Source: Candidatus Uhrbacteria bacterium (GTDB taxonomy: Bacteria; Patescibacteriota; Patescibacteriia; UBA9934). From it: a stretch of DNA of 64,000 bases. A model generated the notes under the pieces. The model had not been told where the DNA came from, searched no databases, and saw only the letters and a list, made by a program, of their open reading frames with translations. Of this stretch, positions 38,107-47,906 are shown piece after piece. A program made the position numbers and the translations under genes. Each line of letters opens with the position of its first letter. The stretch's first letter is position 1. The stretch covers positions 11,896 through 75,895 of the forward strand of contig JABJOE010000002.1 of NCBI GenBank assembly GCA_018664485.1. The letters run 5' to 3'.

Positions 38107-40098
38107 ATGGACGTTTTAACACTCTCACTTGTTGCCTCAGGAGCAGCTATCATCTATACACTCTTCCTGATTTCATCCATTCTCAAGATGCCAGCTGGCG
38201 AAGGGAAGATGAAAGGAATCGCGCTTGCGATTCAAGAGGGGGCAAATGCCTACCTCGCACGACAGTACCGCGTGATCGCCATTATTGGTGCCGTGGTTTT
38301 TGTACTTCTAGGCCTATTTCTAACTTGGACAACCGCCGCAGGATTCCTCGTTGGTGCCGTTTTATCTGGTTTGACTGGATACATCGGAATGATGGTGTCC
38401 GTACGTGCAAACGTACGTACTGCCGAAGCCGCTAAAGGTGGAATGGCAAAAGCGCTTAACGTTGCTGTTAAGGGTGGTGCTGTAACTGGAATGTTCGTTG
38501 TAGCCCTTGGGCTCCTCGGAGTTGCAGGCTTCTACCTAGTGACAAAGGACATCAATGCTCTTATCGGACTTGGGTTCGGTGGATCGCTTATTTCTGTGTT
38601 CGCTCGACTTGGTGGTGGAATTTTTACAAAGGCTGCTGACGTTGGTGCAGACCTTGTTGGAAAGGTTGAAGCTGGAATTCCAGAAGATGACCCACGCAAC
38701 CCAGCTGTAATCGCAGACAACGTTGGAGATAACGTTGGAGACTGTGCAGGAATGGCTGCCGACCTTTACGAGACATATGCTGTATCAATCGTTGCAGCGA
38801 TGCTTCTAGGACTCCTCACATTTGGAACAATCGAAGAAATTATTACATTCCCTCTGGCTGTCGGAGCTGTCGGAATCATTGCAAGTATTATCGGACTTTT
38901 CTTCATCAAGCTTGGACCAAGCAAGAAGATCATGCCCGCTCTATATAAAGGGCTGATCGTTGCCGGTGGACTCTCCGCTATCGCTTTTTACCCTTTGACC
39001 AACTGGATCTTGGGTGACATTCAAGGAATCGACTCAATGGCTATCTACTACTCATTGCTCGTCGGGCTCGCTGTCACAGCACTTATGGTTGTGATCACTG
39101 AGTACTACACTTCAACTGATTACAAGCCGGTTCAAAATCTTGCAGCAGCATCACAGACAGGACATGGAACAAACGTTATTGCAGGACTCGCACTTTCAAT
39201 GCGATCAACCGCTCTTCCGGTGATCGTGATCGTTGCAGGACTCCTCGTATCTTACGGTCTAGCTGACATCTACGGTGCGGCAATGGCGGTTACATCAATG
39301 CTTTCACTTGCTGGAATCATTGTGACTCTCGACGCATACGGACCAATTACCGACAACGCTGGAGGAATTGCAGAGATGTCTGAGCTCGATAGCGAGGTGC
39401 GCGAAGTAACTGATGCACTAGACGCAGTTGGAAACACAACAAAGGCTGTTACAAAGGGATACGCAATCGCATCTGCCGGACTCGCAGCTACTGTGCTCTT
39501 CGCTGGATACACAGAAGAGCTATCACGACTCGGACTTGAATACGCTTTCTCTCTTTCAAACCCATACGTTGTAGCAGGGCTTTTGATCGGTGGACTTCTA
39601 CCTTTCATCTTTGGAGCTATGGCAATGGAAGCGGTTGGAAAAGCTGCTGGTAAAGTCGTTGAGGAGGTACGACGTCAGTTCCGAGAGATCAAAGGAATTA
39701 TGGACGGATCTGGTAAGCCTGAATACGGAAAGTGTGTAGACATCGTTACACAGTCAGCACTAAACCAGATGATCGTTCCGGCTCTTATTCCAGTAGTTGT
39801 ACCGATTCTTGTCGGACTATTGCTTGGACCTGAGGCGCTTGGAGGACTTCTAATGGGAACTATTGTGACTGGACTCTTCCTTGCAATCTCAATGACCACA
39901 GGTGGTGGAGCTTGGGACAATGCAAAGAAGTACATTGAAATGGGGAACTACGGTGGAAAGAAATCGCTAGCGCACGAAGCTGCGATTACTGGAGACACCG
40001 TTGGTGATCCGTACAAAGACACAGCAGGACCCGCAATCAACCCAATGATCAAGATCATCAACATTGTTGCACTCCTAATCATTGCTCTAATCGTCTAG
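38107..40098 (+). CDS. hppA: Membrane H+-translocating pyrophosphatase, K+-independent type
   Basis: [26 protein letters not shown] (Lys signature), [10 protein letters not shown]. Confidence 0.95.
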   Translation: MDVLTLSLVASGAAIIYTLFLISSILKMPAGEGKMKGIALAIQEGANAYLARQYRVIAIIGAVVFVLLGLFLTWTTAAGFLVGAVLSGLTGYIGMMVSVRANVRTAEAAKGGMAKALNVAVKGGAVTGMFVVALGLLGVAGFYLVTKDINALIGLGFGGSLISVFARLGGGIFTKAADVGADLVGKVEAGIPEDDPRNPAVIADNVGDNVGDCAGMAADLYETYAVSIVAAMLLGLLTFGTIEEIITFPLAVGAVGIIASIIGLFFIKLGPSKKIMPALYKGLIVAGGLSAIAFYPLTNWILGDIQGIDSMAIYYSLLVGLAVTALMVVITEYYTSTDYKPVQNLAAASQTGHGTNVIAGLALSMRSTALPVIVIVAGLLVSYGLADIYGAAMAVTSMLSLAGIIVTLDAYGPITDNAGGIAEMSELDSEVREVTDALDAVGNTTKAVTKGYAIASAGLAATVLFAGYTEELSRLGLEYAFSLSNPYVVAGLLIGGLLPFIFGAMAMEAVGKAAGKVVEEVRRQFREIKGIMDGSGKPEYGKCVDIVTQSALNQMIVPALIPVVVPILVGLLLGPEALGGLLMGTIVTGLFLAISMTTGGGAWDNAKKYIEMGNYGGKKSLAHEAAITGDTVGDPYKDTAGPAINPMIKIINIVALLIIALIV

Positions 40099-40121
40099 AG
40101 CTACTTGGAAGTTTTTAAAAC

Positions 40122-40150
40122 AAAACGCCCGGTTCATCCGGGTGTTTTTG
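40122..40150. terminator. Bidirectional terminator after hppA
   Basis: aaaacgcccgg-ttcat-ccgggtgttttt. Confidence 0.75.
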
Positions 40151-40157
40151 TTTTGAT

Positions 40158-40526
40158 CTAGGCTAAGGAATCGAGCAACAACAGTCTATCAGCCTCCTGT
40201 GTTGTAATGACTTTCGTTCTCTGCAATGTCTTAATGAGCTCAATGGCTTTCGTGTCACCTTTTCGAAGAAGAGAAATCAAATCACCCTTTAACTCTGTTA
40301 GTTTTCGATCGATATAGTCACGCAGATCGTGATTAAGCTTGCCGAAACGACCATTAACGGATTCATCGAGCGCGCTCAACTTTAAGTCCAGCTCATCTTT
40401 CGTAACCATGTTCTCTTGAAGAAATTCAATAAGCTCGCCCAGCGTCTCATCTGTCTTTCGCTGCGAATTAGCGACCTTTTCAATCGCTGTAAGTAACTGT
40501 GCGTTTGTAATTTTTTTCTGTGTCAT
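40158..40526 (-). CDS. Hypothetical coiled-coil protein
   Basis: 122 aa with heptad pattern, MVTKDEL motif. Confidence 0.7.
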   Translation of the reverse strand: MTQKKITNAQLLTAIEKVANSQRKTDETLGELIEFLQENMVTKDELDLKLSALDESVNGRFGKLNHDLRDYIDRKLTELKGDLISLLRKGDTKAIELIKTLQRTKVITTQEADRLLLLDSLA

Positions 40527-40650
40527 ATAAATACGGTCATAAAAATAAACCGTCCTTCTCTTTCTATCTTACCACGCTACAAAAGCAGAGCGCCCGCCGC
40601 GACACGATGGTCGGGCGGGCAGACGGTGGCCTGAATCTTCGCGGCGGTGA

Positions 40651-40968
40651 TCAGCCTCGTGCCGGGGCAGGTGTCTTCTCCAAGAAGGTGGCGACACCGG
40701 GCCTCGTCTTGGCAGCTTCGGTAAGGACGTAAACGAGTCGCTTCAAGTGCGTCTCACGCCCCTGAATCTCTCCAAGGTTCGCACTCACCCGTGCGACAAC
40801 CAGGCTGTCCGAGCACCCGGGGTCCTTGAGCATCAGCTCGATGCGAGCAACTTCAACGGCGACTGGATCACGCCCCTTGGTCACACGCATGTAGGTGTCT
40901 TGGAGTTCGCCGATCACATAGTGTTGCAATATGGCGCCAATGTTGCGGAAAAAATCAAACCTCATCAC
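40651..40968 (-). CDS. Orphan 105-aa helical protein, paralog A
   Basis: Ungapped 39/105 identity to 41113-41430; own TTGACG-17-TATGTT promoter. Confidence 0.8.
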   Translation of the reverse strand: MMRFDFFRNIGAILQHYVIGELQDTYMRVTKGRDPVAVEVARIELMLKDPGCSDSLVVARVSANLGEIQGRETHLKRLVYVLTEAAKTRPGVATFLEKTPAPARG

Positions 40969-41112
40969 GAAAGCCTTTGTGGTAGGGCAGGACGTCGTTC
41001 ATCCCGGTCTATGTAGACACCTCAACATACTCCAAAAGTACGTTTACGTCAAGATGCAAAGCGCCCGCCGCGACACGATGGTCGGGCGGGCAGACTGTAG
41101 GTCGAGCTTCGT

Positions 41113-41430
41113 TTAGTCTCGAGCGAGAGCCGGTTCTTCGGCCACGAATACTGCGAGGCCAGGTCGATCTTGGGCAGCGCTATGAAGCACGGCAACGAGC
41201 TGAAGAATATCCGGTTCAGAACGCAGAAAGTCTCCAAGGATGTTGTTGACCTTCATAATAATCAGCCAGTCCGGACACTCCGGGTCGCCGACCATCGCCC
41301 TGATGCGGTTCAGCGAAGCCGCCAACGGATGAACACCGTATATAAGCCGGTCCCACGTATCACTGACGGCACCTAGGACAGAGTGTTGAAACACAGCGCT
41401 CACACTTGTACGAATCAAAGCAGAGTTCAT
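41113..41430 (-). CDS. Orphan 105-aa helical protein, paralog B
   Basis: AAGGA SD; TTGACG-17-TAGGTT promoter; paralog of 40651-40968. Confidence 0.8.
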   Translation of the reverse strand: MNSALIRTSVSAVFQHSVLGAVSDTWDRLIYGVHPLAASLNRIRAMVGDPECPDWLIIMKVNNILGDFLRSEPDILQLVAVLHSAAQDRPGLAVFVAEEPALARD

Positions 41431-41535
41431 TTCAGGTCCTTGTTGGGGTGCAGAGCTACTATAGCTCCCGTCTATGTAGACACCTCAACCTACTCCAAAA
41501 AGACGCCCTCGTCAATATGCAATGCGCCCGCGTGA

Positions 41536-41700
41536 TTGACAAAAACCCCAGCAAACTCTACACTCCGCGCGAAGAAAGAACTAGAGCTGACTTATTTGAG
41601 GTCAGTTTTAGGCACAGGGAAAAATGCCGAGGAGGCGTACCATTAGTACGTTGACGAGTCATTTAACTCTGTAACAACAAAATGATCCAAATAAGTAAGT
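41536..41700 (+). promoter_or_regulatory. tig promoter and structured 5' leader
   Basis: TTGACA-17-TACACT; closing helix 41590-41609 / 41679-41696 around three short hairpins. Confidence 0.5.
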
Positions 41701-41709
41701 TACATTTTT

Positions 41710-42996
41710 ATGACATACAAGCTAGAAACTGAAGGAAAGAAAGCTACGTTTACAATCACCGTCCCACAGGCAGACGTTGAAGCTGCAATGAAGCGCGCTG
41801 CAGAACGCATTTCACAAACAACAAAGATCGATGGCTTTCGCCCAGGTAAGGCAAACTACGAAGCTATCAAGAAAAATGTAGGAGAGATGAAGCTCTTGGA
41901 AGAGTGCACCGAAGAGCTTATCCGAAACGCATTTGTAAAAGCGTCTTTGAAGGAAAATCTAGAGACTGTTGGTCAGCCATACTTCGACATGATCAAGATG
42001 GCCCCAGGAAACGACATGGTTTTTACAGCAGAAGTTGCTCTCATGCCAAAAATTACAAAGCTCGCTGACTACGAAAAGCTCTCAGTAAAAAAAGAAAGTA
42101 CTGAGCCCTCAAAAGAACTCATCGAGCAGGCTCGCGCGGACCTTGCGCGAATGCAAACAAAAGAAGTTCGCCGGCCATCTGGAGAAAAACTTCAAAAAGG
42201 AGACAAGGCTGTCATCAATCTTACAATGAAAAAGGAAGGTGTCGTGCTTGAAGGTGGCGAAGGTCGAGACCATGGTGTATATACCGGCGAAGGTCACTAC
42301 ATCAAGGGCTTGATTGAAAAAATTATCGACATGAAAGAAGGTGACAAGCAGTCTTTCACTCTCGACTTTCCAGATGACCACTACCAGAAGCACCTAGCAG
42401 GTCAGCCAATTGATTTCGAAGTTGAAGTGAAAGAAATCTTTGAACTACAGGCGCCAAAAATGGATGAAGCTTTCGCAAAGACGGTTGGATGCAAAGATCT
42501 TGCTGACTTGGAAGGTAAACTCAAAGAGAATCTAGAAAAAGAAAATATTGTTCAAGAATCTCGACGACAAGAGCAGGAAGTTCTAAAGCTCCTCGCATCA
42601 AAAACAAAGTTCGAAGAAATTTCCGACCTCCTCATCAACCAGGAAATTACAAAGATGATTGAGGAGCTGAAACAGAACATCAGCAACCGCGGACTGCAGT
42701 TTGAGGAATATCTAAAATCCATCAACAAAACGGTTGCCGACCTTAAGCTCGATTTAACACCTGACGCACTTACACGCGTTCAGATCGCTCTTATCCTCGC
42801 AGAGGTAACAAAGAAGGAAGAGATCGTTGTTGAAGGGAAGGAGCTAGATGAAGAAATTGACCGGATGGCAGAGCAATACAAAGACAACGAGGATGCAAAG
42901 AAGCAAATCTTCTCTCCTCGCTACCGAGAATACGTGCAACAACAACTATCAAACCAGAAAGTTGTTACGTTGCTCAAAGGAAAGATGGTTAAGTAG
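41710..42996 (+). CDS. tig: Trigger factor
   Basis: IDGFRPGKA signature, FKBP-like domain (FPDDHY..HLAG). Confidence 0.95.
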   Translation: MTYKLETEGKKATFTITVPQADVEAAMKRAAERISQTTKIDGFRPGKANYEAIKKNVGEMKLLEECTEELIRNAFVKASLKENLETVGQPYFDMIKMAPGNDMVFTAEVALMPKITKLADYEKLSVKKESTEPSKELIEQARADLARMQTKEVRRPSGEKLQKGDKAVINLTMKKEGVVLEGGEGRDHGVYTGEGHYIKGLIEKIIDMKEGDKQSFTLDFPDDHYQKHLAGQPIDFEVEVKEIFELQAPKMDEAFAKTVGCKDLADLEGKLKENLEKENIVQESRRQEQEVLKLLASKTKFEEISDLLINQEITKMIEELKQNISNRGLQFEEYLKSINKTVADLKLDLTPDALTRVQIALILAEVTKKEEIVVEGKELDEEIDRMAEQYKDNEDAKKQIFSPRYREYVQQQLSNQKVVTLLKGKMVK

Positions 42997-43117
42997 AAGA
43001 CTTAATCCGGGAAAACGGGCCGAAAGGCCTTTTTTCTTTTGGTATTGAAGTAATCGCTTAACAGTAGTAAAAAGGGATTAGAAATCTAACAAAGGGGGGA
43101 GGCCCTTCTTTTATTTT

Positions 43118-44131
43118 ATGGATGTCATTGCAACAATTCGAAAAATGCCATACTACACAGAGCGAAATGCGCGCATGATCGATGCGGGCGTGGATGCGTT
43201 TCGCGTAAAGTGCTCGCATGTAAGTATCCCCGAAATTTCATCAGCTCTTCAGGCGGCTCGTCAGCAGATAGATGCCAGTGGTCGACAGGTAAAACTCTTG
43301 GCAGACCTTCCGGAGGCAAAGCTTCGCCTTGGAGACTTTCCTCAAGAACAGATGGAGGTTGAAAAAGATGTTGATTTTAGATTTTTGCACGGCCCTGAGT
43401 CCTCCGACCCAAGCGCCTACATACCGTTCACTACGCCCGCGCTCGCACAGCATCTTAAAATTGGGGATCGTTTCTATATTGGAGACGGTCATCTCGAGCT
43501 TGAAGTGACCGACATTCACAGTCCAAATGAATTCATCGCCCGCAGCGTCTCAAACGGAACGCTCACCCGGCGAGCAAGCATCACTGTTCCGAGCCTGATG
43601 GATCAGCTCGATCACATCGTTCCTGAAATCGATGACATTATCGCAGAACTTCCAAAGAGTAAGCCGGACCTAGTGTCCTTTTCGTTCGTTCGCAACCAGG
43701 CAATGCTACACACGCTCATGGACAAGCTCCTTGCCGTCACAACACCGCAGTGGCGGCCGATGGTTATCGCTAAAATAGAATCTGCGGAAGGTGTAAAGAA
43801 TGTTGATGAGATTTTAGAGGTATGCCATGGCATAATGATTGCGCGCGGAGACCTGGCGCTCAACATTCCGTTCGAGCAACTCGGCCTTATTCAAAAAAAG
43901 CTCGTTGCAAAAGCTCGTCAGGCTGGAAAGTATGTCATTGTAGCAACCGGTGCACTTGAGTCAATGCTATATACCTCAATGCCATCACGAGCGGGAATCT
44001 TAGACGTAACGAATAGCTGCCTTGATGGTGCGTCTGCAATAATGCTTTGTCCTGAAACCGCTCACAATAAGAATCCTGAGCGTGTCGTGCAAGTTGCGCA
44101 CAAAATAATTGCTGCGGTTGAAAACCCCTAA
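43118..44131 (+). CDS. pyk: Divergent, C-terminally truncated pyruvate kinase-family protein
   Basis: IAKIES, IMIARGDL, DGASAIML, ETA; several canonical motifs altered; no C-domain. Confidence 0.75.
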   Translation: MDVIATIRKMPYYTERNARMIDAGVDAFRVKCSHVSIPEISSALQAARQQIDASGRQVKLLADLPEAKLRLGDFPQEQMEVEKDVDFRFLHGPESSDPSAYIPFTTPALAQHLKIGDRFYIGDGHLELEVTDIHSPNEFIARSVSNGTLTRRASITVPSLMDQLDHIVPEIDDIIAELPKSKPDLVSFSFVRNQAMLHTLMDKLLAVTTPQWRPMVIAKIESAEGVKNVDEILEVCHGIMIARGDLALNIPFEQLGLIQKKLVAKARQAGKYVIVATGALESMLYTSMPSRAGILDVTNSCLDGASAIMLCPETAHNKNPERVVQVAHKIIAAVENP

Positions 44132-44164
44132 GGTATACTGGTATCAAATACGTAAATTCAAACT

Positions 44165-44935
44165 ATGCTTACAACAAAAAAAATGGCCGAACACATAGCT
44201 CGTTTGGCTGGCGCAGAACTTACAAAGAAATCAACAAGCCTAACCCAAGGAGACGTTTCATTTAAAAAGCATGGCGAAACCGTTACTCGCATTGATCGCG
44301 AGATAAACACTTTTATTATCAACGAGCTTGAAGCTCATTTTCCAGACCACGACATTATTACCGAAGAGGCCGACGCTATCGACGGCAACGGAGAGCATAA
44401 GCGTTGGTTTGTAGACCCGATTGACGGAACAAATAACTTCGTACGCCAAATCCCACTTTACTGTGTATCAATTGGGTATGAGCAAGACCGTGTGCTGACG
44501 GTCGGGGCAATCTTTGACCCCGTCCACCAAGTTCTTTACAGCGGAGAACGTGGGAAGGGGGCCTTCGCGAACGACAAGGCGCTACACGTCACAAAACAAA
44601 CCGCTCTGGATAACGCAATGATCTTTGAGGGTCATGGGTACCCTCCAGAACACCAGGCACAGCACAGCAAGGTCGTTTCGCGTATCAATTCGTCGTCTTC
44701 AAACCGCAGAGAGATCGGAACTGCAGCACTTATGCTCGCATACCTCGCCCAGGGACGTGCAGACGGAATGATCCTCACAGGAACCAAGCCTTGGGACTGT
44801 GCTGCCGGAGCCGTTCTCGTACGTGAGGCAGGAGGAAGGGTTACAAACTTCAAAGGAGACGACTGGACACCCTCAGATAACATGATAGTTGCATCAAATG
44901 GCTTGATTCACGATCAGCTTCTTGAGCTTCTATGA
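44165..44935 (+). CDS. suhB: Inositol monophosphatase family protein
   Basis: WFVDPIDGTNNF, KPWDCAAG, EAGG. Confidence 0.9.
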   Translation: MLTTKKMAEHIARLAGAELTKKSTSLTQGDVSFKKHGETVTRIDREINTFIINELEAHFPDHDIITEEADAIDGNGEHKRWFVDPIDGTNNFVRQIPLYCVSIGYEQDRVLTVGAIFDPVHQVLYSGERGKGAFANDKALHVTKQTALDNAMIFEGHGYPPEHQAQHSKVVSRINSSSSNRREIGTAALMLAYLAQGRADGMILTGTKPWDCAAGAVLVREAGGRVTNFKGDDWTPSDNMIVASNGLIHDQLLELL

Positions 44936-45186
44936 TCCTCACGGTCCAAGTAAAGCCTGGGGCGAGCAAAACGAAGGTTGTAAGCTGGCGAGATGAAGGA
45001 ACTGTCGTAATCGCCCTTGCAGCACCCCCTGTAGACGGAAAAGCGAACCGTGCACTGATCGTATTCCTGTCAAAACAACTAAGAGTAGCAAAAAGCCTAA
45101 TAACAATAAAACGCGGCCAGTCAGGTCGCGTAAAACATATTGAACTTCCAGACGGCACAAGTCTTGATCACTTAACCGGATCGTGA
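44932..45186 (+). CDS. DUF167 / YggU family protein
   Basis: VKPGAS, APPVDGKAN, GQSGRVK. Confidence 0.9.
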   Translation: MILTVQVKPGASKTKVVSWRDEGTVVIALAAPPVDGKANRALIVFLSKQLRVAKSLITIKRGQSGRVKHIELPDGTSLDHLTGS

Positions 45187-45404
45187 CCGCCCTTGCCCCA
45201 CGGATGACATCGCACGATTCTCTTTACCCCCTTTATCGATCCGATAACTATTCCGTATTTTAAAATCGACTGTCGGGTGTACTCAGAGCAAGTGGGGTGA
45301 AACTTACAAACTCCATATGGAAAAAGTGGCCGAAGCCACCCATGATCTCCCGAGAGAGTGCGTTGATATACAGATATTATAAATGCCGCCAGCCCTCGCA
45401 TCAT
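45168..45404 (-). CDS. yidD: Membrane protein insertion efficiency factor YidD
   Basis: CKFHPTCSEY, RCHPWGKGGHDP. Confidence 0.93.
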   Translation of the reverse strand: MMRGLAAFIISVYQRTLSGDHGWLRPLFPYGVCKFHPTCSEYTRQSILKYGIVIGSIKGVKRIVRCHPWGKGGHDPVK

Positions 45405-45742
45405 ACAACGAGTTTTGCTTTTTTGAGCACGCCCATGAGGCGTTCTTTTTTTGCGTCGTAGTCTAGGTCAAGCGCGCCCTTAGACGTAAGTAGCATCACA
45501 TCCATACCTGGCTTGATACCAGTAAGATTAGTGCGAATAATCTCGCGATACTGACGACGCACGCGATTACGTTTCACAGCACTCTTGTGAACCTTGATTC
45601 CAACAACAACCGCAAACCTTGAGTCCGTACCGCCATTTGGACGAAACTTTACTCCGCAAACAGAATCGAAAACGCTCCGACCCTTCTTTAGGGTCAGCTT
45701 CACATCCTTCTCGTGTCGTAGTCTATTTTTTTGTTCAAACAT
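45401..45742 (-). CDS. rnpA: Ribonuclease P protein component
   Basis: KSAVKRNRVRRQYRE RNR motif; synteny. Confidence 0.93.
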   Translation of the reverse strand: MFEQKNRLRHEKDVKLTLKKGRSVFDSVCGVKFRPNGGTDSRFAVVVGIKVHKSAVKRNRVRRQYREIIRTNLTGIKPGMDVMLLTSKGALDLDYDAKKERLMGVLKKAKLVV

Positions 45743-45780
45743 ACAAACAAAGTGGGCGGGTAAATCCCGTCCACTTTATC

Positions 45781-45933
45781 TTATCTCGCTCGAGCTGCAA
45801 CCGCCAGTCTCTTACGACCTTTGGCCATGCGGCGCTTGAGAAGCGCCCGTCCGGTTTTCGTTCTCATTCGTGCTCGGAAACCGTGTTTACGCGCTCGGCG
45901 ACGTTTCTTTGGTTGATACGTGCGCTTAGGCAT
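45781..45933 (-). CDS. rpmH: 50S ribosomal protein L34 (not in ORF track)
   Basis: Manual translation [50 protein letters not shown]. Confidence 0.95.
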   Translation of the reverse strand: MPKRTYQPKKRRRARKHGFRARMRTKTGRALLKRRMAKGRKRLAVAARAR

Positions 45934-46104
45934 AATATTTTCTAATCGATGCCGCCCCCAAGCGGTTATTCGAATGTATTCTTCACAGCGGTACAGTGCG
46001 CTGCGTGGGGAGGAAAGAAAAACCCCTTAATCTTAGGTTTAATCTCCTACAAAGTGACCTGAGGCTATCATGCCTACCTAAAAACGTCAAGGCTCTTGAC
46101 CTGC

Positions 46105-46188
46105 CGTGGATAACTTTCATTTCATCCCCTGTCTGTCCACAGAGTACTCACAAACCCTTAAAAACAAGGGCTTGTAGCCTGTGGATAT
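46105..46188. promoter_or_regulatory. Degenerate DnaA boxes upstream of dnaA
   Basis: CGTGGATAA, CTGTCCACA, TGTGGATAT. Confidence 0.6.
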
Positions 46189-46232
46189 CTGGGATACTAT
46201 GCAAACCGTCGTTATACGTTGTGATTTTTTCT

Positions 46233-47633
46233 ATGAATACACATGAACTTTGGCAGGCTGCGCTCGGTGAGCTCGAATTGAAGCTGAGCAAAGCACACTT
46301 TACTACATGGTTCCGTAACACTTTTATTATTGAGTACGATAAACACCAAGTTACCGTTGGTGTTCCAAACACTTTTACAAAAGCATGGCTTGAGAAGAAA
46401 TATCACAAAGATATTCTAAATGCCATTCAAAATATTACTGAACACCCAATAAAAGGCCTTGGTTATCGTGTTGAAACACGTGCAAGCACACCCGTACCGG
46501 TTGTTTTGAAGGAAGTAGAGCCAGAACCAGCGCCGGCACCAACACATCCAATCAACGCATCTTACGAATCGCTTGGATTTACATCGCGAGAAGAGTCTCC
46601 ACGTTCATCTACTGCGATTAATAGCAGCTACACATTCGATTCATTCGTTGTTGGTAAGCAAAACGAGCTCGCACACGCAGCAGCACAGGCGGTTGCAGCA
46701 CATCCAGGTGGCACATATAACCCTGTGTTTGTTTACGGAGACGTCGGGCTTGGAAAAACACACCTTCTCCAGGCAATTGGGAACTCAATGCTCCAGCGCA
46801 ATCCAAATGCGCGTGTTCTATACGCAAGCTGTGAGCAGTTCACAAATGATTTCATCCACGCCGTCAGAACTGGGCGCGCAAAAGCATTTAAAGACCGATA
46901 CCGAACAGTAGACCTTCTATTAATAGACGATATTCAATTCATTACTGGAAAAGAAGGTACTCAAGAAGAGTTTTTCCACACATTTAACACACTTCACCAA
47001 GACAATAAGCAGATAGTTATCTGTTCAGACCGGCCACCAAAAGCAATTGCGGCTCTTGAAAAGCGACTTCTCTCAAGGCTTGAGTGGGGAATGCTCGTAG
47101 ACGTTGGAGCTCCGGACCTTGAAACACGAATTGCTATCTTGCAACTGAAGTGTCAAAACAAAACAATCAGCCTTGGGCGAGACACCCTTCAATATATTGC
47201 CTCAAATATTCAGTCTAATGTTCGAGAGCTAGAAGGTGCTCTCAACAAAATTGTCGCAGTTCACCAGTTTAAAAACATCCAGCCAAGCCTCGAGACAATC
47301 ATCCCAATAATTGATAGTTTCGACGTAAATACTATCAAAAAGACGGTTTCTCCAAAGCACATCATCCAGACAGTTACGGAATACTTCGACATTTCAATTG
47401 AAGACGTCCTTGGGAAAAGTCGAGAGAAGAGGCTGGCCTTTCCGCGCCAAATCATCATGTACCTCCTTCGTGAAGAGATGAGTATTTCATACCCTTCAAT
47501 CGGTACAGAGCTTGGTGGGCGAGACCACACAACGGCGATGCATGCCTACAGCAAAATTGCGAAGATCCTAAAGGATGACGACCAACTGAATCGTGATCTG
47601 GATCTGATCAAACAGAAAATGTACGCCGGATAA
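46233..47633 (+). CDS. dnaA: Chromosomal replication initiator DnaA
   Basis: YNPVFVYGDVGLGKTHL, DDIQF, NVRELEGAL, GGRDHTT. Confidence 0.98.
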   Translation: MNTHELWQAALGELELKLSKAHFTTWFRNTFIIEYDKHQVTVGVPNTFTKAWLEKKYHKDILNAIQNITEHPIKGLGYRVETRASTPVPVVLKEVEPEPAPAPTHPINASYESLGFTSREESPRSSTAINSSYTFDSFVVGKQNELAHAAAQAVAAHPGGTYNPVFVYGDVGLGKTHLLQAIGNSMLQRNPNARVLYASCEQFTNDFIHAVRTGRAKAFKDRYRTVDLLLIDDIQFITGKEGTQEEFFHTFNTLHQDNKQIVICSDRPPKAIAALEKRLLSRLEWGMLVDVGAPDLETRIAILQLKCQNKTISLGRDTLQYIASNIQSNVRELEGALNKIVAVHQFKNIQPSLETIIPIIDSFDVNTIKKTVSPKHIIQTVTEYFDISIEDVLGKSREKRLAFPRQIIMYLLREEMSISYPSIGTELGGRDHTTAMHAYSKIAKILKDDDQLNRDLDLIKQKMYAG

Positions 47634-47906
47634 ATCCCCAACTGTGGGTAGCCTGGGTACAACCCTGCCCAAAACCTGCTGACATCTCTGTTGAAAACCT
47701 TGGGGACAAGTGAGGATAAGTGTAGCGGCCAAAACCGGCATTAAACCTATCCACACTTCTCACAGAGACTGTGAACAAAAAAGTCGTGAGTTATCAGCAG
47801 GAGGTCGCCGCGAAGCCTCGCCAAAATAACGACTTATCCCAACTGTCCACAGGCCTTATTACTACTACTGTGATTATTTCTTACTTATTTACCTAAAAAA
47901 GACAAC
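47634..47906. other. oriC: Replication origin oriC with unwinding module
   Basis: Several degenerate DnaA boxes; tandem TTATCCCAA-CTGTCCACA (47834-47851), GGCC, then DnaA-trio-like ttattactactact (47856-47869) and AT-rich stretch. Confidence 0.85.

Larger units (their letters stand above)
40584..41531 (-). repeat. Tandem ~470-bp cassette units with near-identical non-coding flanks
   Basis: 36-bp identical hairpin 40589-40624 / 41060-41095 (half copy 41524-41531); 31-bp promoter/5' element 41007-41037 / 41470-41500 (30/31). Confidence 0.9.

Noticed and set aside
40589-41095. 36-bp identical repeats as a CRISPR array
   Set aside because: Only two full copies, 471 bp apart with a gene between them; no cas genes.
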